A stretch of 63,630 nt of DNA, counting the filler, from Dugesia japonica (taxonomy: Eukaryota), in NCBI GenBank assembly GCA_001938525.1. It is 6 parts of 6 records of this genome, joined end to end, with 100 filler letters (N's around TTAATTAATTAA, not from the genome) between each part and the next. Parts side by side here need not be neighbours in the genome. Positions count along the whole stretch, not along the records: positions 1 to 8,804 come from MQRL01619085.1; positions 8,905 to 22,370 come from MQRL01606090.1; 4 more parts are not named here. The stretch is one strand, 5' to 3'. Position numbers and translations under genes: made by a program. The notes beneath the pieces were generated by a model. It made no database searches, was not told the origin of the DNA, and saw only the letters and a program-made list of their open reading frames with translations. Position 1 is the first letter of the stretch. Each line of letters begins with the position of its first letter. Positions 1-13,399 of the stretch are shown in pieces.

Positions 1-129
1 TAATAAACTAATAATAATTAATAATAATAATGAAAATAATAATACTAATACATATTAATATACATGATAATAATAAATAATAGTAATAATAATATATAAT
101 TTACTCCCATAAATTTCCGTAAAGAATTC

Positions 130-575
130 TACCTAAACAGACCAACCCGATGGTTTGCTCAAAAATCATAGAAAATTGACCCTTGTGAGTAAATAATCAA
201 CCAAGTTTACCCATACAAAGTAAATAATTGACNNNNNNNNNNNNNNNNNNNTAAATAATTGACCAGATCTTCCAAAAATTAACCATGTTAACCATTCCTG
301 AAGAAATATTTGACCAAATCACCCAAAAAGTTAACCAAGTTAACCAAATCTTAGGAAATCTTCAACCAATTTTATTTAAATTACCTAAAAATCATCAATA
401 CCGAAAAATTTACTTAAAAACAACCAAATTTACCCAAACTGCTCAAACCCGCAGAAATAATCAACCAAATTTACCTGAACCAATCAAAAGTTAACCTTAT
501 TTGACCTCACCGAGTAAATTCCTAACCAAATCGTTCCAAAATTACCTAAAACTGATCAAGTTTACCCAAAATTTA
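130..575. repeat. Degenerate short-period repeat array (AA(A/G)TTTACC / TTAACCAA / AATTGACC units)
   Basis: Recurrent aatttacc, ttaaccaa and aattgacc words; ORF 285..494 appears to be a by-product. Confidence 0.5.
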
Positions 576-741
576 AATCTTTTTTGATAAAAAAGATTTT
601 TAAAAAAAATGATCACTAATCACACATAAATTTTAACTCACTTTTCAAAACCCAGTCACATAAAATATTTTGTTTGTGGCAATGAAGGCTCGTACCATTT
701 CAGCAAACAAAAAACATTATCGTCACATATTAATTAGACAA

Positions 742-885
742 ATGGTACCTTCAGCAAAATAATTGTTACTAGATTGTAATTACATTTTCTAGCATGACAA
801 AGATCTGAAACACAAAGGAAAAATTATTAAAAAATATTTGTAGAAGAAAAATATTAAAACTTTGGACTGGCCATCTCAAAGACCT
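742..885 (+). mobile_element. Tc1-family transposase remnant
   Basis: Translates to YIF*HDKDLKHKGKIIKKYL*KKNIKTLDWPSQ, matching the Tc1 FQQDNDPKH...WPSQSPDLNPIE region. Confidence 0.75.
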
Positions 886-1289
886 ATGTAGACCGCTTTA
901 TGAAACCAAATGACTAAAAAAGTACACTAAAAGCATAATAGATCAGTATAGCTAGTACCAGATCTTAAGAGCCATGACAAGAATAAGAAAACTATAAACA
1001 ATACAATTTTCGCCAAATGAATACAATTGGTAAAATAAACAGTAATATAAAATTTGCTTAAAATTACCGTATATATATATCCATATTCAAAAACATAATG
1101 AAACAAATGATCTAAATAAAATGATAAAAAGCAATTTTTTAAAACTTTTATTTGTAATACATGTTTTGGACNNNNNNNNGTTTATCATTAGTTACTGTTG
1201 TAAAATAAGAAGTAAATTGTTTATATACTAGCCAATAAAACCTGTTACGCAATCAATACAATAAAATAAGATTAAAATAAATTTAAAAG

Positions 1290-2110
1290 TGAATGTGTAC
1301 CAATCTGAGTATTAAGAATCGGATTATGCAACCCAATTGTCAAAGCCTCACACTCAATTCTTTCAATATAGTTACAAACCACTGTTCAAAACTGTAAACT
1401 CATCAATGCTTATTTTGTTTGTTCTATTTTTGCAGCAACAGGCATGATCTAAAACAGAACTTTTATTACCAAATTGTATATTCTGGCTAACTCATGTGCA
1501 AAGATCATTTTTTATTTCTCTAATGTACTTGGCATCACAACCGGTACAATTAAATTGATAAATTAGGTTAGCAAGCAAAGCTATTGGTGTAGTAGATTTG
1601 TTGTTTAACTGAAAGTGTCTTTGGAGTGAAAATTAGTCTAAATTTCTTTTCATCAAAATATTTCATTAGGAAACATTTTAATGACTTAGCTCCTTCCGAG
1701 AATGGTTATTTAATAGTTATATTTTCTTGATATTTTTAATGTTTTTTTTCTTGGTCATTATTTGATGCTAAGCCCAGTTTGTTTAGAATACTCCGTATAT
1801 TATTATAAATCGTTTTATTGTTATATCCATTAGCTCGAGGACTACTGTCTAATCTTTTAAGACCATCGTCAGGAATCTCAAAGCTTGATGATATACACAA
1901 CACTCGATGAATCAAACCTTTAATTAAACCTTTTTTATCAATCATCACAAAAACCTTTAGGAATGGTATAAAGTCCTGTGTCTGTTAGTTTTTTTTATAA
2001 AGTCAAGTATTATAGTTGCGACCATGCCTGAAACATGAACATTTAAGAATGGTTATTTTCATTCTTTTTCAACTTCTATAGTGAATTTCATATTTTAATG
2101 AAGACTATTC
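1290..2110 (-). mobile_element. Penelope-like retroelement remnant (RT C-terminus + GIY-YIG endonuclease)
   Basis: Minus strand with frameshifts: KFTIEVE...LYKK.TDTGLY...KKGLIKGLIHRVLCISS...NGY, then NLIYQFNCTGCDAKYI...SSVLDH...ERIECEALTIGLHNPILNTQ. Confidence 0.85.
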
Positions 2111-3639
2111 ATATATTGAAGGAAAGATAGTATAGATACGCAAATGATATCTCCCTTATTTTTAAAACCAACAAGAAGAAGAAGAAGAAGTATCTGATAT
2201 TATTATTGAAATATTTATTTTTGTTCGTGTAGTATTTCTTATTTATATTGCGATTTTGAAAATGTCTCTCTTGAGCCACATGTGACTCTTTACCAATTTT
2301 TTGTGGTTCAATTATAATTTTTAAAGTTACAAGTAAAATATTTAAATTTCACTCCTATTTGGTTAATTTTTTATACAAACAGAAAATAAAGTTTTTTTCT
2401 CTCTTGTCCCTATCAGAAAATCAAATGCATGAATTTTGTTTCTTTATATTTAATAATAATATCCAAATTTGTTTTTTTAACTTAATCAATTTAATAATAA
2501 ATTCTATTAGAAATTAAAAACTTAAAAAAATTGGTTTTGTAAATATTAGCTACAATAATAATAAAATTAAATTCAGATTCATGTTATATTGAGAACTTAT
2601 GGCTCAACAGCATTTTTGAAAATTTCGAAAATGGCTCGCAATAAATAAACCTCTGACCACCTCTAAATTAAACAAATTTCTGAAAGAACATTACTCGTAA
2701 CTTAATTTTCTATTATTTCTGGAGCAAAGAAAAATAGTAATGATTTTATTTTTTTTTATTTATTGTTATGTATAACCATAATTATTATATATTAACCATT
2801 ATTTTGCAATCATTTGGTGAGGTCTACGGCTCCTCATAGAAGTTACAAGCATGCTGTTACTGTATGAGAAAAGAATGATAACATGAATACGACCGAGTAA
2901 ATGATATTATGAAATGAATATGATAGAATAATAGCAAATACGATAGAGTACACATTGTAAGTTATAGAGTTATGAAGAATAAATGTATAAAAATAGGAAG
3001 TGAATGACTGCACAAATTATAGATGAAACGTTATCAAGTAGGTAGATAGTGACAGTCTGGAACATTTAGTACCTAATAAGTTTAATGATGTCATGAAACT
3101 TAATCCTAATTTTTTAGTTTAGGAATTAAAAATGACATAATATTAGTCAATATTTCATTACTGTTTTAAAATTTTTCGCGTGTATTTAGTTTGAAAAGTA
3201 TTTTGTACACAAATTATGTCATTAGATTAATTTAATTGGTGAAATTTTATTTTTAAGGGACTAACAGTTTTTAAATTTTTCTTGCTTATTAGTTGGCAAG
3301 AAATATTTTGCACATAAATTATGTAATTGGATTAATTTATTGTCAACATTTATTAACTGTTGTTAAATTATTTAGGCTTTTTAAGCAGCAATAATTTTTT
3401 AGGCATTTTATACGGTAGAATTTCTTTTTATGTTTTTAGTTGGCTAACATTTTTAATGGAATTTTTTATGGAATCCAGGTGAACAGCCCAAATTATTTCC
3501 TCGATATGAGGAAATAATTATTAATTAATAATTTCATCCAATGAAAATCGATTAAACTGAATATTAATATTTTATTAATTGTAATCACTTATATTATAAA
3601 AAACCAACGAAATCTTGTCAAACATGTGTTGTAGTAGTG

Positions 3640-5596
3640 AAATAAATGATGTCTAAAAAATTAGTTGTGATTTGGGAAATGAATTATCAATTGAAGATTT
3701 ACCTAACATTATGGCAGGAGTAAATACCGATTCTAGGTTATTGCGGAATGTGTTCTGTAGAGGAGATGATATTGAAAAATTCATTAAGCGGTACGAATTA
3801 TATTTTTGAAGCTAAAAACATAACCAAGGTGAAACAATAGGAGAGATTAGTCTCTTGTTTGTTAGATGAAGATTTGTTGGAAGAATATGTAATGAAGCTG
3901 AAAAAGGTGAAGGTTTTCAGGCTCTTTTACCTATAGCATTTGAGAAAGTGAAAGATGCTATCAAATACTTTCAAACTTTGATTAACTAAAAGCGTGGGAA
4001 TGAAGAGATTCAAGTTTATTTTAAAAATGTAAAAGATTTAGTAAAAAGATTATTTACAAATAAAGAGTTTACTAAGGAAAAATGTTACCAAAGATGCTAG
4101 AACACTGTTCAGATAACAACAAAGTTGAAAAAGAATTGACTTTGCGGAAACTACGGAATATACAAGAAACTGAAGAAACAAAGAAGTTAGTAGATTGAGT
4201 TGAGAAAACCGAGATCAAGTTTATGCAGTTAGAAATTACGCGAGTTACAAGTTGAAATTATCAGAAACCTGTCTATCATACAGTGAATAGACATGTGGCA
4301 CAAAGAAAGAAAAAACAAAATATCGAATGTTTGTTATGTCATAAGATCGGTCATACGTAAGCAAAAATTCCGACAAAAAAAGTGGTAGAGTGCTGGAGTT
4401 GTCATAAAACAGGACATATAAGTCGAGATTGTCCAAATAAAAAACCAAAAATATGTTTTGGTTGTGGAAAGATTGGCCATATTAGAAAGCCAAGAAGTGG
4501 GGTGTAAACGATGTGGTAATGGTAGACATAAGGAAGAAGAGTGCTACACAAATTTGAAAATGAAAAGAACAATTGAGAAGTTTATGACTGCAGAAACATT
4601 AAGAAACCAATATAATCGAGTACATGCGATTGAAGATGAAGTCAATACAAACGATGGATATGAAAGTTATTTCGAAAAAGGCAGGGCTCCAATAGTAGAG
4701 GAGTTAGTTGGTGCCATCTATTGTTAAATGAAGTGAGTAATTATCCTCAAGGGGTCAAAAGTGGGATGCTATCGGGAAAGTTACAGAAAATATACAGGTT
4801 CTTAAAGAGGGAAAATTTTGCGGATGAATGAAAAGTAGAATGGGTTTCAACAATTGAAGCAGAACAAACAACAAATATTTCGTACCAAAAATTGCAAGGC
4901 AGATTACGGTATCAATTCAAGAAAAGAAAGTCAAATGTTTATTAGATACAGGGGCTTGAATTAACGTTATGAGTTTGAGTTGTTTAACAAATTACGAGAA
5001 TTACATTTATAAATAAGTGATGAAAGATTGCGTTGTGCATATTGTTGGAAAAGTTAGAACTGGAGTAATAATTGATGAAGTTTGCAAAGAGGTTACATTC
5101 TTAGTTGCTGAAATAGTGACACCAGATAATGGAATGCAGTAACTAAAAGACAAGCCTTTCCTATGTCCAATGTCGATGAAATGCTGAATGAAACCAAATA
5201 TTTCAGTTCAATAAATTTGGGAAATGCGTACTACCAGGTAGTGCCAAAGAAGAATCACAAGACAAAACGGCGTTTTCAACGAAGCACGGATAATATTGTT
5301 TTAATAGAATGCCATTTGGCATTGCAGTGGCACCAGGTACATTCCAGGAGATGATGACAAAAGTGGTAGTCAGAATCAATAGAGCCATGGTTTATCTTGA
5401 TGATATTTTGATATTTCGAATAATAAAGTTAAACTCTGAAGTAATTGGAAGAGTATTGATGAAGTTAATGAAGGCTGACATAGGAATTAATTCAGAAAAG
5501 TGTCAGATTCTTCAAAGCAAAATCGAATTTCTCGAACAAATAATTAGCAAGGATGGTGTTAGAACTGATTTCCTTAAAATAGAAGCAATAAGAACA
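3640..5596 (+). mobile_element. Ty3/gypsy family A copy 1 (LTR 3' end, gag with CCHC knuckles, PR, partial RT), decayed
   Basis: LTR end ...aagatttacctaACA shared with 57006-57075; CWSCHKTGH and CKRCGNGRH knuckles; CLLDTG; MPFGIAVAPGTFQ; VYLDDI. Confidence 0.9.
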
Positions 5597-6825
5597 GGAT
5601 ATCATTGACCTGTTTATTCTCACAGTCATGGAGGAACCAGATGATCTCCACGAAAGATTCAATTTGGCGCTTCGGCTTCTTTACAGAATGCTACATATCT
5701 CTTAACTTTACTCTCTACTGTTGCAGTGTCTGTTTCCCAGAAACTATTAGTGAGACGGTATAGGTCCCACGTCATAAATTGATATTCTCATCCCCACCCC
5801 CACTTAAAGTATTTCGGACACTCCAGAGCGTGTCACTAATTGTTCCTTCTAACCCTATCGAATATGGATGGGTTCAAGCGGAGGAGATGTGCTTTCTCTC
5901 CACGCCTGCTCATAGATCGACATGCTATTCACGTAATCGGCGAACATCACTCTTACCACATAAGTGACATGACTGCAATCGAGGCCGTTCCAGTGATAAT
6001 ACGCCTGTTGATCAGTAGCGTCCATAAGTCTTTCTTCATAAGCAACCCAAGCGTGCAAGTTGGCCGTTCTATTAGAACCCCTGCATCACGGTTGTAGGGG
6101 TTTAAATATGTTTGAATATTATCCGGCCGATGGCCTTATCTTGAATCACTTCCCATTTATGGTCCACTAAACAAAATATCAACATTCAACATACTAAATA
6201 TATAAAGATATGAAGTAAAGCAGTGGTAAGATTTTATTTAAATAAACTATCATGATGCAATGAAACGAAATTATAATACTGCTATTATTATAGACGCTAT
6301 TAAAATATGTGCCGCAATAAGCTGCATAAAAACCAAAATTTGTATATTCATTATGCAAGGATTGAGAAATATTATCAATATTTGATTTAGTTATCTGTAT
6401 TAAAATTTTTATTATTTACAATAATCTAATGAAGTACTTTTAGTTACCGATTAATTAATTTTCTGAGTTAGTTATTTCTCGTAATAAAGTTACGTTTAAT
6501 TCCAACAGTGAATCTAACAAATTATCTGAAGGTCATCAAGCCTGTAATCTTTAAAACTCATTTATAAATAAGTCGTATCCCACAAAGTTTGATATCATTA
6601 TACAAATGTGTTGCAATTTGATGAATTATATTAATAGGTGCATGGGAATTAATAATATTTACTAGAATATAGTTTTAGATGTGTAATTTAATGCACAATG
6701 TTTGGAAAAAAAGTTAGCATTGCTCATGAAGTTTAATCTAAACATTTACTGCTTCCAAACCGTAAAACAGTGGATTTGTCATTTTACAGTAAATAAGAAA
6801 GAAAACATGATAAAACCATGATTGA

Positions 6826-7520
6826 GGTCATTTAAGATTAATATTGATAGCAGCTCCTCTTGAAAAAAATAATCTGGTCAATAGTCCGAGACTTCGTGCT
6901 GAAGAGGGCAGTAAGTATTTTTTCTAAAGTAGACCAAAATGTTTGCAGTACGGTCCACAATGCATCCAGGTCATTGCTCATAGATTTTTGGCTTTGTTTA
7001 TTCAAAGAATAAAATAAGCCGAGATTATTAGTGCTTAATTCTAGAGACCGATGCTGCTTGTTCGTAACAGTGACGGTTGGAATTAAACTGTCCTCAAAAT
7101 CATTAAACCTTTGTACGTTGTTTTTACCAACATGTGGACAAGTATTATCTATTTGAATAAAAACGATTTTGCACTAGTGTATCTTATTTGAAATTGCAGG
7201 CATGATTTTATTATAAATCAGCCTGTAAAAGATGATAGAAGTTATTGTGAAATGGACATTGCAAACATCAGCTGTTGGGTGGTTTTTGAAGATCGTTGGG
7301 ATATTTGATCTTTTTGAATCCTCCAAATGCCGATTAGACTGTTGAAATTTTTTTCTGAAAATTTTGGCAACAGCAGTTATTATCATAATTCTAAGGATAT
7401 TAGCCTTGCTTATTAAGGGTACTTTTTTCCTTATACTATTATCATGATATCTTTCATGACTGAAGGAATACAATTCGAACCTAATGTCATCAATGCCCAC
7501 ATTATTATTTCATGTATTAT
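6826..7520 (-). mobile_element. Mariner transposase remnant of DD39D-like (plant/oomycete-type) family
   Basis: VGIDDIRF...SKANILRIMIITAVAK...IGIWR...RSSK...KIMPAI...VFIQIDNTCPH...QHRSLELSTNNLGLFYSL, matching HIDEKWF / KVMFLxAVARP / IQQDNAxPH / QPPNSPDLNVLDLGFF. Confidence 0.75.
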
Positions 7521-8599
7521 ATTCTGTAATGAAAGTGGACATGTTCTTCTAGGTACGGATCTGAAATTTCATAATTTAAAAATAAAATCATTTTTTGTTC
7601 TTCAGATAAGGTTGATATTTTAAATTTTTCCTAAAATTAATCAAAAATAGCTAGTTATAACAAAATTTAAATGACTTGATGATAAAGTTAATAAATTCAC
7701 TTATTTATGGTTTGGAGGTAGTATTTAATTATTTCAAAATAATAACTTAATTGCTTTATCATATTTTTATTGCCGTCTGTTAGTAAATTCCACATGGCAT
7801 ATTAAATAACATTAATTTTTGACAGTTCATTTATTGTTAAAAAGATCCGATCAATCTCATAAATTAATTTTCATAATAAATAAATATTCATAATTATTTA
7901 TAATAGTTTAAATAATCATTCCAAATGTTACATTTTAAATTCATTGAATTATACTATTTATTATTATTATTAGAAATTATAAATAATAATAGTTTCTCAT
8001 TAACGTACATAAATTAGATGAATTTTGCAAAAAATAAAATCAATTAATGAAGCAAGAATATAATTAAATTTAGTTTTGAATTTTAAAGTTTTTGTTTAGT
8101 TTATTGTTACATGGTTAAAATTTTAAACACATTTTTAAAAAGTAAAAAAATTAAACTTAAATCAATGTCCTATGTAGTTTCAGAAAATAACAATAAATTG
8201 GGGTTTTATGAAGTAATTTTTTTTTCCTAATATATTTTTATATAAATTTGTATTTAGTCTCTATCTTTAAAATTTTCTGATCAATTAGAAAATAAAATCA
8301 GCGTTACCCAGTTAAAAGATGGCAATGTTCTTGTTTCTACAAGTTTAGCAACCAATGCTATATCTCTAAGGGTAAACGAATTTATTGTTTTTTAAATTAA
8401 TTTATAATAAAGTTTACATATTTGCAAGTTGAAAAATACTTTGTTTATATTAAAACTTGAAAATATTTATATTACTAATATAAAAATTCTAATTTGTAAT
8501 TAAATAATGTTTATTAGTTTTAATTTTAATATGCAATTTTCGAGTTTTACATTAATTTTACTGTCCAATTTACATACAAGCTCGTAAAAAAAGCTTACG

Positions 8600-8682
8600 G
8601 CATAGCTATCGGAACTGTTGTCACTCTTTCTAAAACTAAGAAAGTAACCTTTGCAAACGTCGTCAATTATCACTCCAGTTCT
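8600..8682 (-). mobile_element. Short gypsy family A protease-region fragment
   Basis: Reverse complement aligns with 5057-5130 (gaactggagt.ataattga.ga.gtttgcaaag). Confidence 0.7.
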
Positions 8683-8686
8683 AATT

Positions 8687-8804
8687 TTCTATCACAATGT
8701 TATTCTATCACAATGTTATTCTATCACAAGGTTATTCTATCACAATGTTTTTCTATAATAATGTTATTCTATCATAATGTTATTCTATAATAATGTTATT
8801 CTAT
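8687..8804. repeat. 16-bp tandem repeat (CTATCACAATGTTATT), about 7 copies, running into the gap
   Basis: Directly visible. Confidence 0.9.
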
Positions 8805-8904
8805 NNNNNNNNNNNNNNNNNNNNNNNNNNNNNNNNNNNNNNNNNNNNTTAATTAATTAANNNNNNNNNNNNNNNNNNNNNNNNNNNNNNNNNNNNNNNN
8901 NNNN
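8805..8904. other. Artificial 100-bp contig linker (N44-TTAATTAATTAA-N44)
   Basis: Identical structure occurs five times; the 12-mer has stops in all six frames. Confidence 0.95.
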
Positions 8905-10520
8905 GAAGCGTTGCTACACAGTAAAAAAGTCACCCGATCTTTAGCAACTTTAAAACCACTAGCAATTTTTTCAGATTTAGCTATAAATGTTCTGGCAGGC
9001 ATTTTTTCCATAACAGACCCGTTTCATCGGCATTGAAAATTGGGTTGGGAACATAACCATCATTTTAAATTATTTTGACTAGTTTGGCTGAAAAGGTTTT
9101 AGATGCCTTTTCATCTGCTGATGCAATTTCTCCTTTAATTTTTAAATTATGAAATGCATTTCTTTTAAGAAATCCCGTTAGCCATCCATCACTAGAAGAA
9201 AATTCTTTCCTATTATCTTGACGACTTGTTGATGGCTCCGATATCTGCAGTTGTTTATAAATTCGAAGTGCCTTCTGCTTTAAAATATTTCCATCTACAT
9301 ATATTCTCTTTTGCAATAAATCCTCCATCCAAAATACTACACATTTTCCCCTTTTTACTAACTTTTCGTCTCTAATGTTTGACGATGTTTTGGAACTAAG
9401 TTTTGATGAACTGATGACAGATNNNNNNNNNNNNNNNNNNNNNNNNNNNNNNNNNNNNNNNNNNNNNNNNNNCTAAGTTTTGATGAACTGATGACAGATT
9501 TCCGTATGTTATTCTCATTTTTCTTAATGGTTCTGATAGTAGCTTCTGTTGGGTATTTCTACTCAACAAGTTATTTATGGTTCGATTATTTTATAACTAT
9601 TAGTTGATAATATGTTTGCGAATTTTACGGGTGTTGATTTTTTCTTTTGTATGTTCGTACAGTATTATATAAACAATATTTTATAATGAAAATATAAATA
9701 AAGTGATATTGTGTATGTGTCTTATATAAATAACCAATACGAATACTTTGAATAATTTTATTTTTGATGTATACAAAATATGACTATAGTATTACACCTA
9801 TAAGCAAGATTTTAGAAACAAACTAGAGATGTCNNNNNNNNNNNNNNNNNNNNNNNNNNNNNNNNNNNNNNNNNNNNNNNNNNNNNNNNNNNNNNNNNNN
9901 NNNNNNNTTACATATGTAGGCTATACACACATCAATGATCAACATTAAAATAAACCGTTAAAACAAACTTAATTTTTTTAAAAAAATTATTATTTACAAC
10001 ATAAAACTTTTGCAAAATTATAATTTACAACAAAACTTTTAAGATAAAAATAAATGTTCAAAATAATCATAAATAAAAATAAATGTTCCGAATAAAATTA
10101 ATCACAAAATAAAACTAAGTCATAATTAAAATTAAATGTTTCAAATAAAATTAATAACAAAAATAAAATAAATCATTGTTTTAAATATCATTGAGTTATT
10201 ATTTACACCAACACAATAACAATATAAAGTTCGTTGATTTGATTTTGAGTTGGGTTGCATCGACTGTTGAAATTGAATATTCGTTTGACTCCTCCAGGTG
10301 CTGATTCGAACTTGTTGTCCATGTTCTATTTATTTTTGCCTACATGCTATGTTATGCATATATTTGCTATGTTATGTATATATTCAGACCTAAACACTTC
10401 GTTTAAGCTAAAATCCTTGCCCAAAGATGTTGAACCTTCACCTCTTGCAAGACAGTCTAAGTTTTTTAATTTTAAATCCAAAGAAATGGCTTGCCTTTTA
10501 TGAATTTTTGGACATTTTGT
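8905..10520 (-). mobile_element. Tigger/pogo (TIGD1-like) transposase, interrupted by a solo LTR
   Basis: psq-type HTH KRQAISLDLKLK...KDFSLNE|ATIRTIKKNE; CENP-B HTH FSSSDGWLTGFLKR; DDE start QIFNADETGLLWKKMPARTFI...KDRVT. Confidence 0.9.
9547..10396. mobile_element. Solo LTR with 4-bp target-site duplication CTTC
   Basis: Starts TGTT, ends AACA; CTTC at 9543-9546 and 10397-10400; removing it restores the Tigger frame (LNE-ATIRTIKK). Confidence 0.85.
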
Positions 10521-11009
10521 TAATTGTTATCTAGGGTAAAAATTTTATTATTGATTTAATGCTAAACTGAAAGTTTTTGTAGATAAAAATATTTTCTTTT
10601 ACTTATTAAGGTCATAAATGTTCAAATATCATTGATAGCACTATGTTTGGTACATACCTGATAACATGACCAATTGATGAAATATTGCAAGCTAATAAAG
10701 TTAAACAATGGGTAGGTAAAAACTATCAAATGAGGGGATTTTCCAGTAATTACTATTACATTGCAGCAGTGCTGCCTAGTTTTTCAAGTGTGGTAAAAAC
10801 GTGAATGTTTTTCAATACATTGGTTCTAAAGACTTCAATTTCTACTAAACCTCTCATGAAATAAATTTATGTCACATACATACCAACGTAATTACAACAC
10901 AATTATTTTGAAACTGTATGAGTCTAAAATATTTTACAAAAATCTATTTTTTTTAAACCGTGTAACTTCAAATTCGTGTTAAAATAACGTTTAAAAAAAG
11001 TTGAGTGTA

Positions 11010-13265
11010 CATTTCAGTGGCAATGACGAAATTAACAAGTAAGTGGAAATACGGAAATTAGCATCAGTGGAGGATATCGAGACGCTTTTGGTTAAGATAG
11101 ATGGAATACAGAAGAGGAGTAATTTTCGTATCAATGTAGTATGAAACTATAACGAAGTACTAAAAGGAAATGAGAGACACGTTTAGGCAGATAGACCGAG
11201 TACTGATCGGAAGACCAAATACGTGGAGCCGACTAGAGACAGAACAGAAAGGAAAACATTTGTGAGGAACACTAATAGAGAAAATCACATTAGCCAGATA
11301 AAATGTTGGTCGTGTCGCAAGATGGGACACATCAGCCAAGAATGCCCGAACAGAGAAATACAGGGCACATTCGTAGATTTTGTCCAAATAGTAAGTGTTT
11401 AGTTTAGAAGGTTAGGTTTATTATATTCAGATCGGTGACCCTAGATATTATCGTGGGGATTGAATTACAAAGGCAGTTTGGATTTTTATTACGAAAGGAC
11501 GGCCGAGAAGATACAGCAAGAAAAGAAGAGGGAAGCAGGGAAGAGCCTATATGCATTTTAGAAGCAAAATTTGGTAGACGTGTTAGCCATAGCAAAAGAG
11601 CAAGGATAGCGTTAGAAGCCTTGAAAATAGATGCAGAGTCAGTGTTAGGTAACATCATACAAGCGTATGAAGAAGAATTTATGGCTGACAACTGGGATAT
11701 TGGATGGACAAACTTGGCAAAACATGTAATCAGAAAAATAGGCAAATAAATCAATATCAGACTATTCAGACAACCGATGAACTTGGAAGCAAAGATTGAG
11801 GAGACTATCATAAATCTTTACGAGAACGGAATCACCAAAAATGGCCAATCCCCATGGAATATGCCATTAATCTGCCTCTGGAAGAAGGACAAACATGAGG
11901 TAAGACTATGCCTGAATTTCAGACAACTTAATGCGGTAACCAAGAGACCGGCATTTCCAATGCAAAACATGGATGAACTTTTGGACCAACTTGGAGAGGC
12001 GAGATTCTTTAGCACAATTGACATAGGTAATGCCTATTACTAGGAAGAACTGGACAAAGAATCCTAGAATAAGACAACATTCCTGACAAAAAAGGTCGAT
12101 TCTGTTTCAATCAAATGCCCTTTGGGATAGCGGCAGTGCTGGGTACTTTCCAAAAGATCATGAACCAGGTTATTGGCAATATCAAAGGTGCGTTGGTCTA
12201 CCTGGACAATATTCTGTTTATTTCCGATAACGTAGAAAATTATTATAAAAGACTCAAACAGGTACTGGATAGAATTAGAGAAGCAGGGCTGAAGATCAAT
12301 CCAAAGAAATGCAATTTTCTGAGAGAAAACTTAAGATTTTTGGGTCACATTATTAGCAAGGAAAAAATATACACGGATCCAGGGAAAATAGATGCTATCA
12401 AAAATTATAATGAGCCAAAATGCGTCAAAAGCTTAAGAACCTTTTTAGGAATTTGTAATTATTACCGCAAATTCATAGAAGGATACGCGAAGAAAGCAGA
12501 AAAAAAGTCTTGACTGTAAAAAACAAAGAAGAAACAGCGAAAGTACAAGTCACAGAGATCTTCACAGATATATATATGTAGACATATGCGGTCCATTCAA
12601 GAAGACGACGAGATAGATGGAGTATATCCTCGGAATAATAGACCAATGTAGAAAGTACATGGTTTTGATAGCAATCCGCAAGCAAGATGAGGACACAATC
12701 TAGAAAGTTATTTTGGATAATTGGATGCTCAAGTTTGGTTGCCCAATGCGCATTCACGTGGACTGCGGACGGTCTTTCGAATCGAAGGCAATGGACTAAT
12801 TCTCCAAGAGATGGAACATAGAATTATGTTTTTCAAGCCTGTACCACCATAATACAAATGGGCAAATCGAGAGACAGTTGAGAACAGTATGGGATTTGTT
12901 AAATGCAACATTAGAAGACAAAAAGAGTACAGATTGAGCTGAATTACTGCCAGAAATAAAATTTGAATTAATCTATAAATACCAGTCCAGCGGAATTTAT
13001 CTTTGGAAAAAAATAGCATGAGAAAACTTGAACAAACAAGTAGCAGAGAAGAGGGCACCAAAGACGACAACCAAAAGAACTTTCGAAGATGGAGAGGAAG
13101 TGTTAGTAATGACCGAAAACAAGAACAAAGACCAGGAACGTTTTGAGGGGTCTTATCAGATAGTAAAAAATGTACACGACTGAAGATGCTTATTGAAGAG
13201 AACTGACGGAAGACGAATAGAAAGAAATGTGAAAAAGTTAAAGAATTTTTTTCCAAGTAGGATAT
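11010..13265 (+). mobile_element. Ty3/gypsy family B (related to A), decayed and internally deleted
   Basis: CWSCRKMGHISQEC knuckle; SPWNMPLICLWKK..RLCLNFRQLN; MPFGI; YLDNI; FLGICNYYRKFI; integrase SPxHHxTNGQIER-like segment. Confidence 0.9.
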
Positions 13266-13399
13266 CAGATANNATTTAAAATTGAAAATCAGAATTAAAA
13301 TAAATGATATTAAATTAATGTTTAATATCGTTGTTTTAATATTCAGTTTTCAGATTAGTTATAATTTTGAATTAATAAATTTATGGATTTGTCTTCGGA

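Noticed and set aside
8289-8370. Possible short host exon (ag...ENKISVTQLKDGNVLVSTSLATNAISLR...gt)
   Set aside because: Too short and isolated to support without transcript or homology data
8687-8804. Regular repeats here and at 20379-20530 and 23640-24050 as CRISPR arrays
   Set aside because: Head-to-tail tandem units without unique spacers, no cas genes, eukaryotic TE context
9395-9500. Direct duplication of ctaagttttgatgaactgatgacagat around an N gap (similar case at 219-263)
   Set aside because: Overlapping contig ends left unmerged; assembly artefact
11404-13256. Long minus-strand ORFs (135 aa, 175 aa) in the ORF track
   Set aside because: Antisense shadows of plus-strand gypsy pol; same for 18589, 36923, 52496, 59307 and 59883
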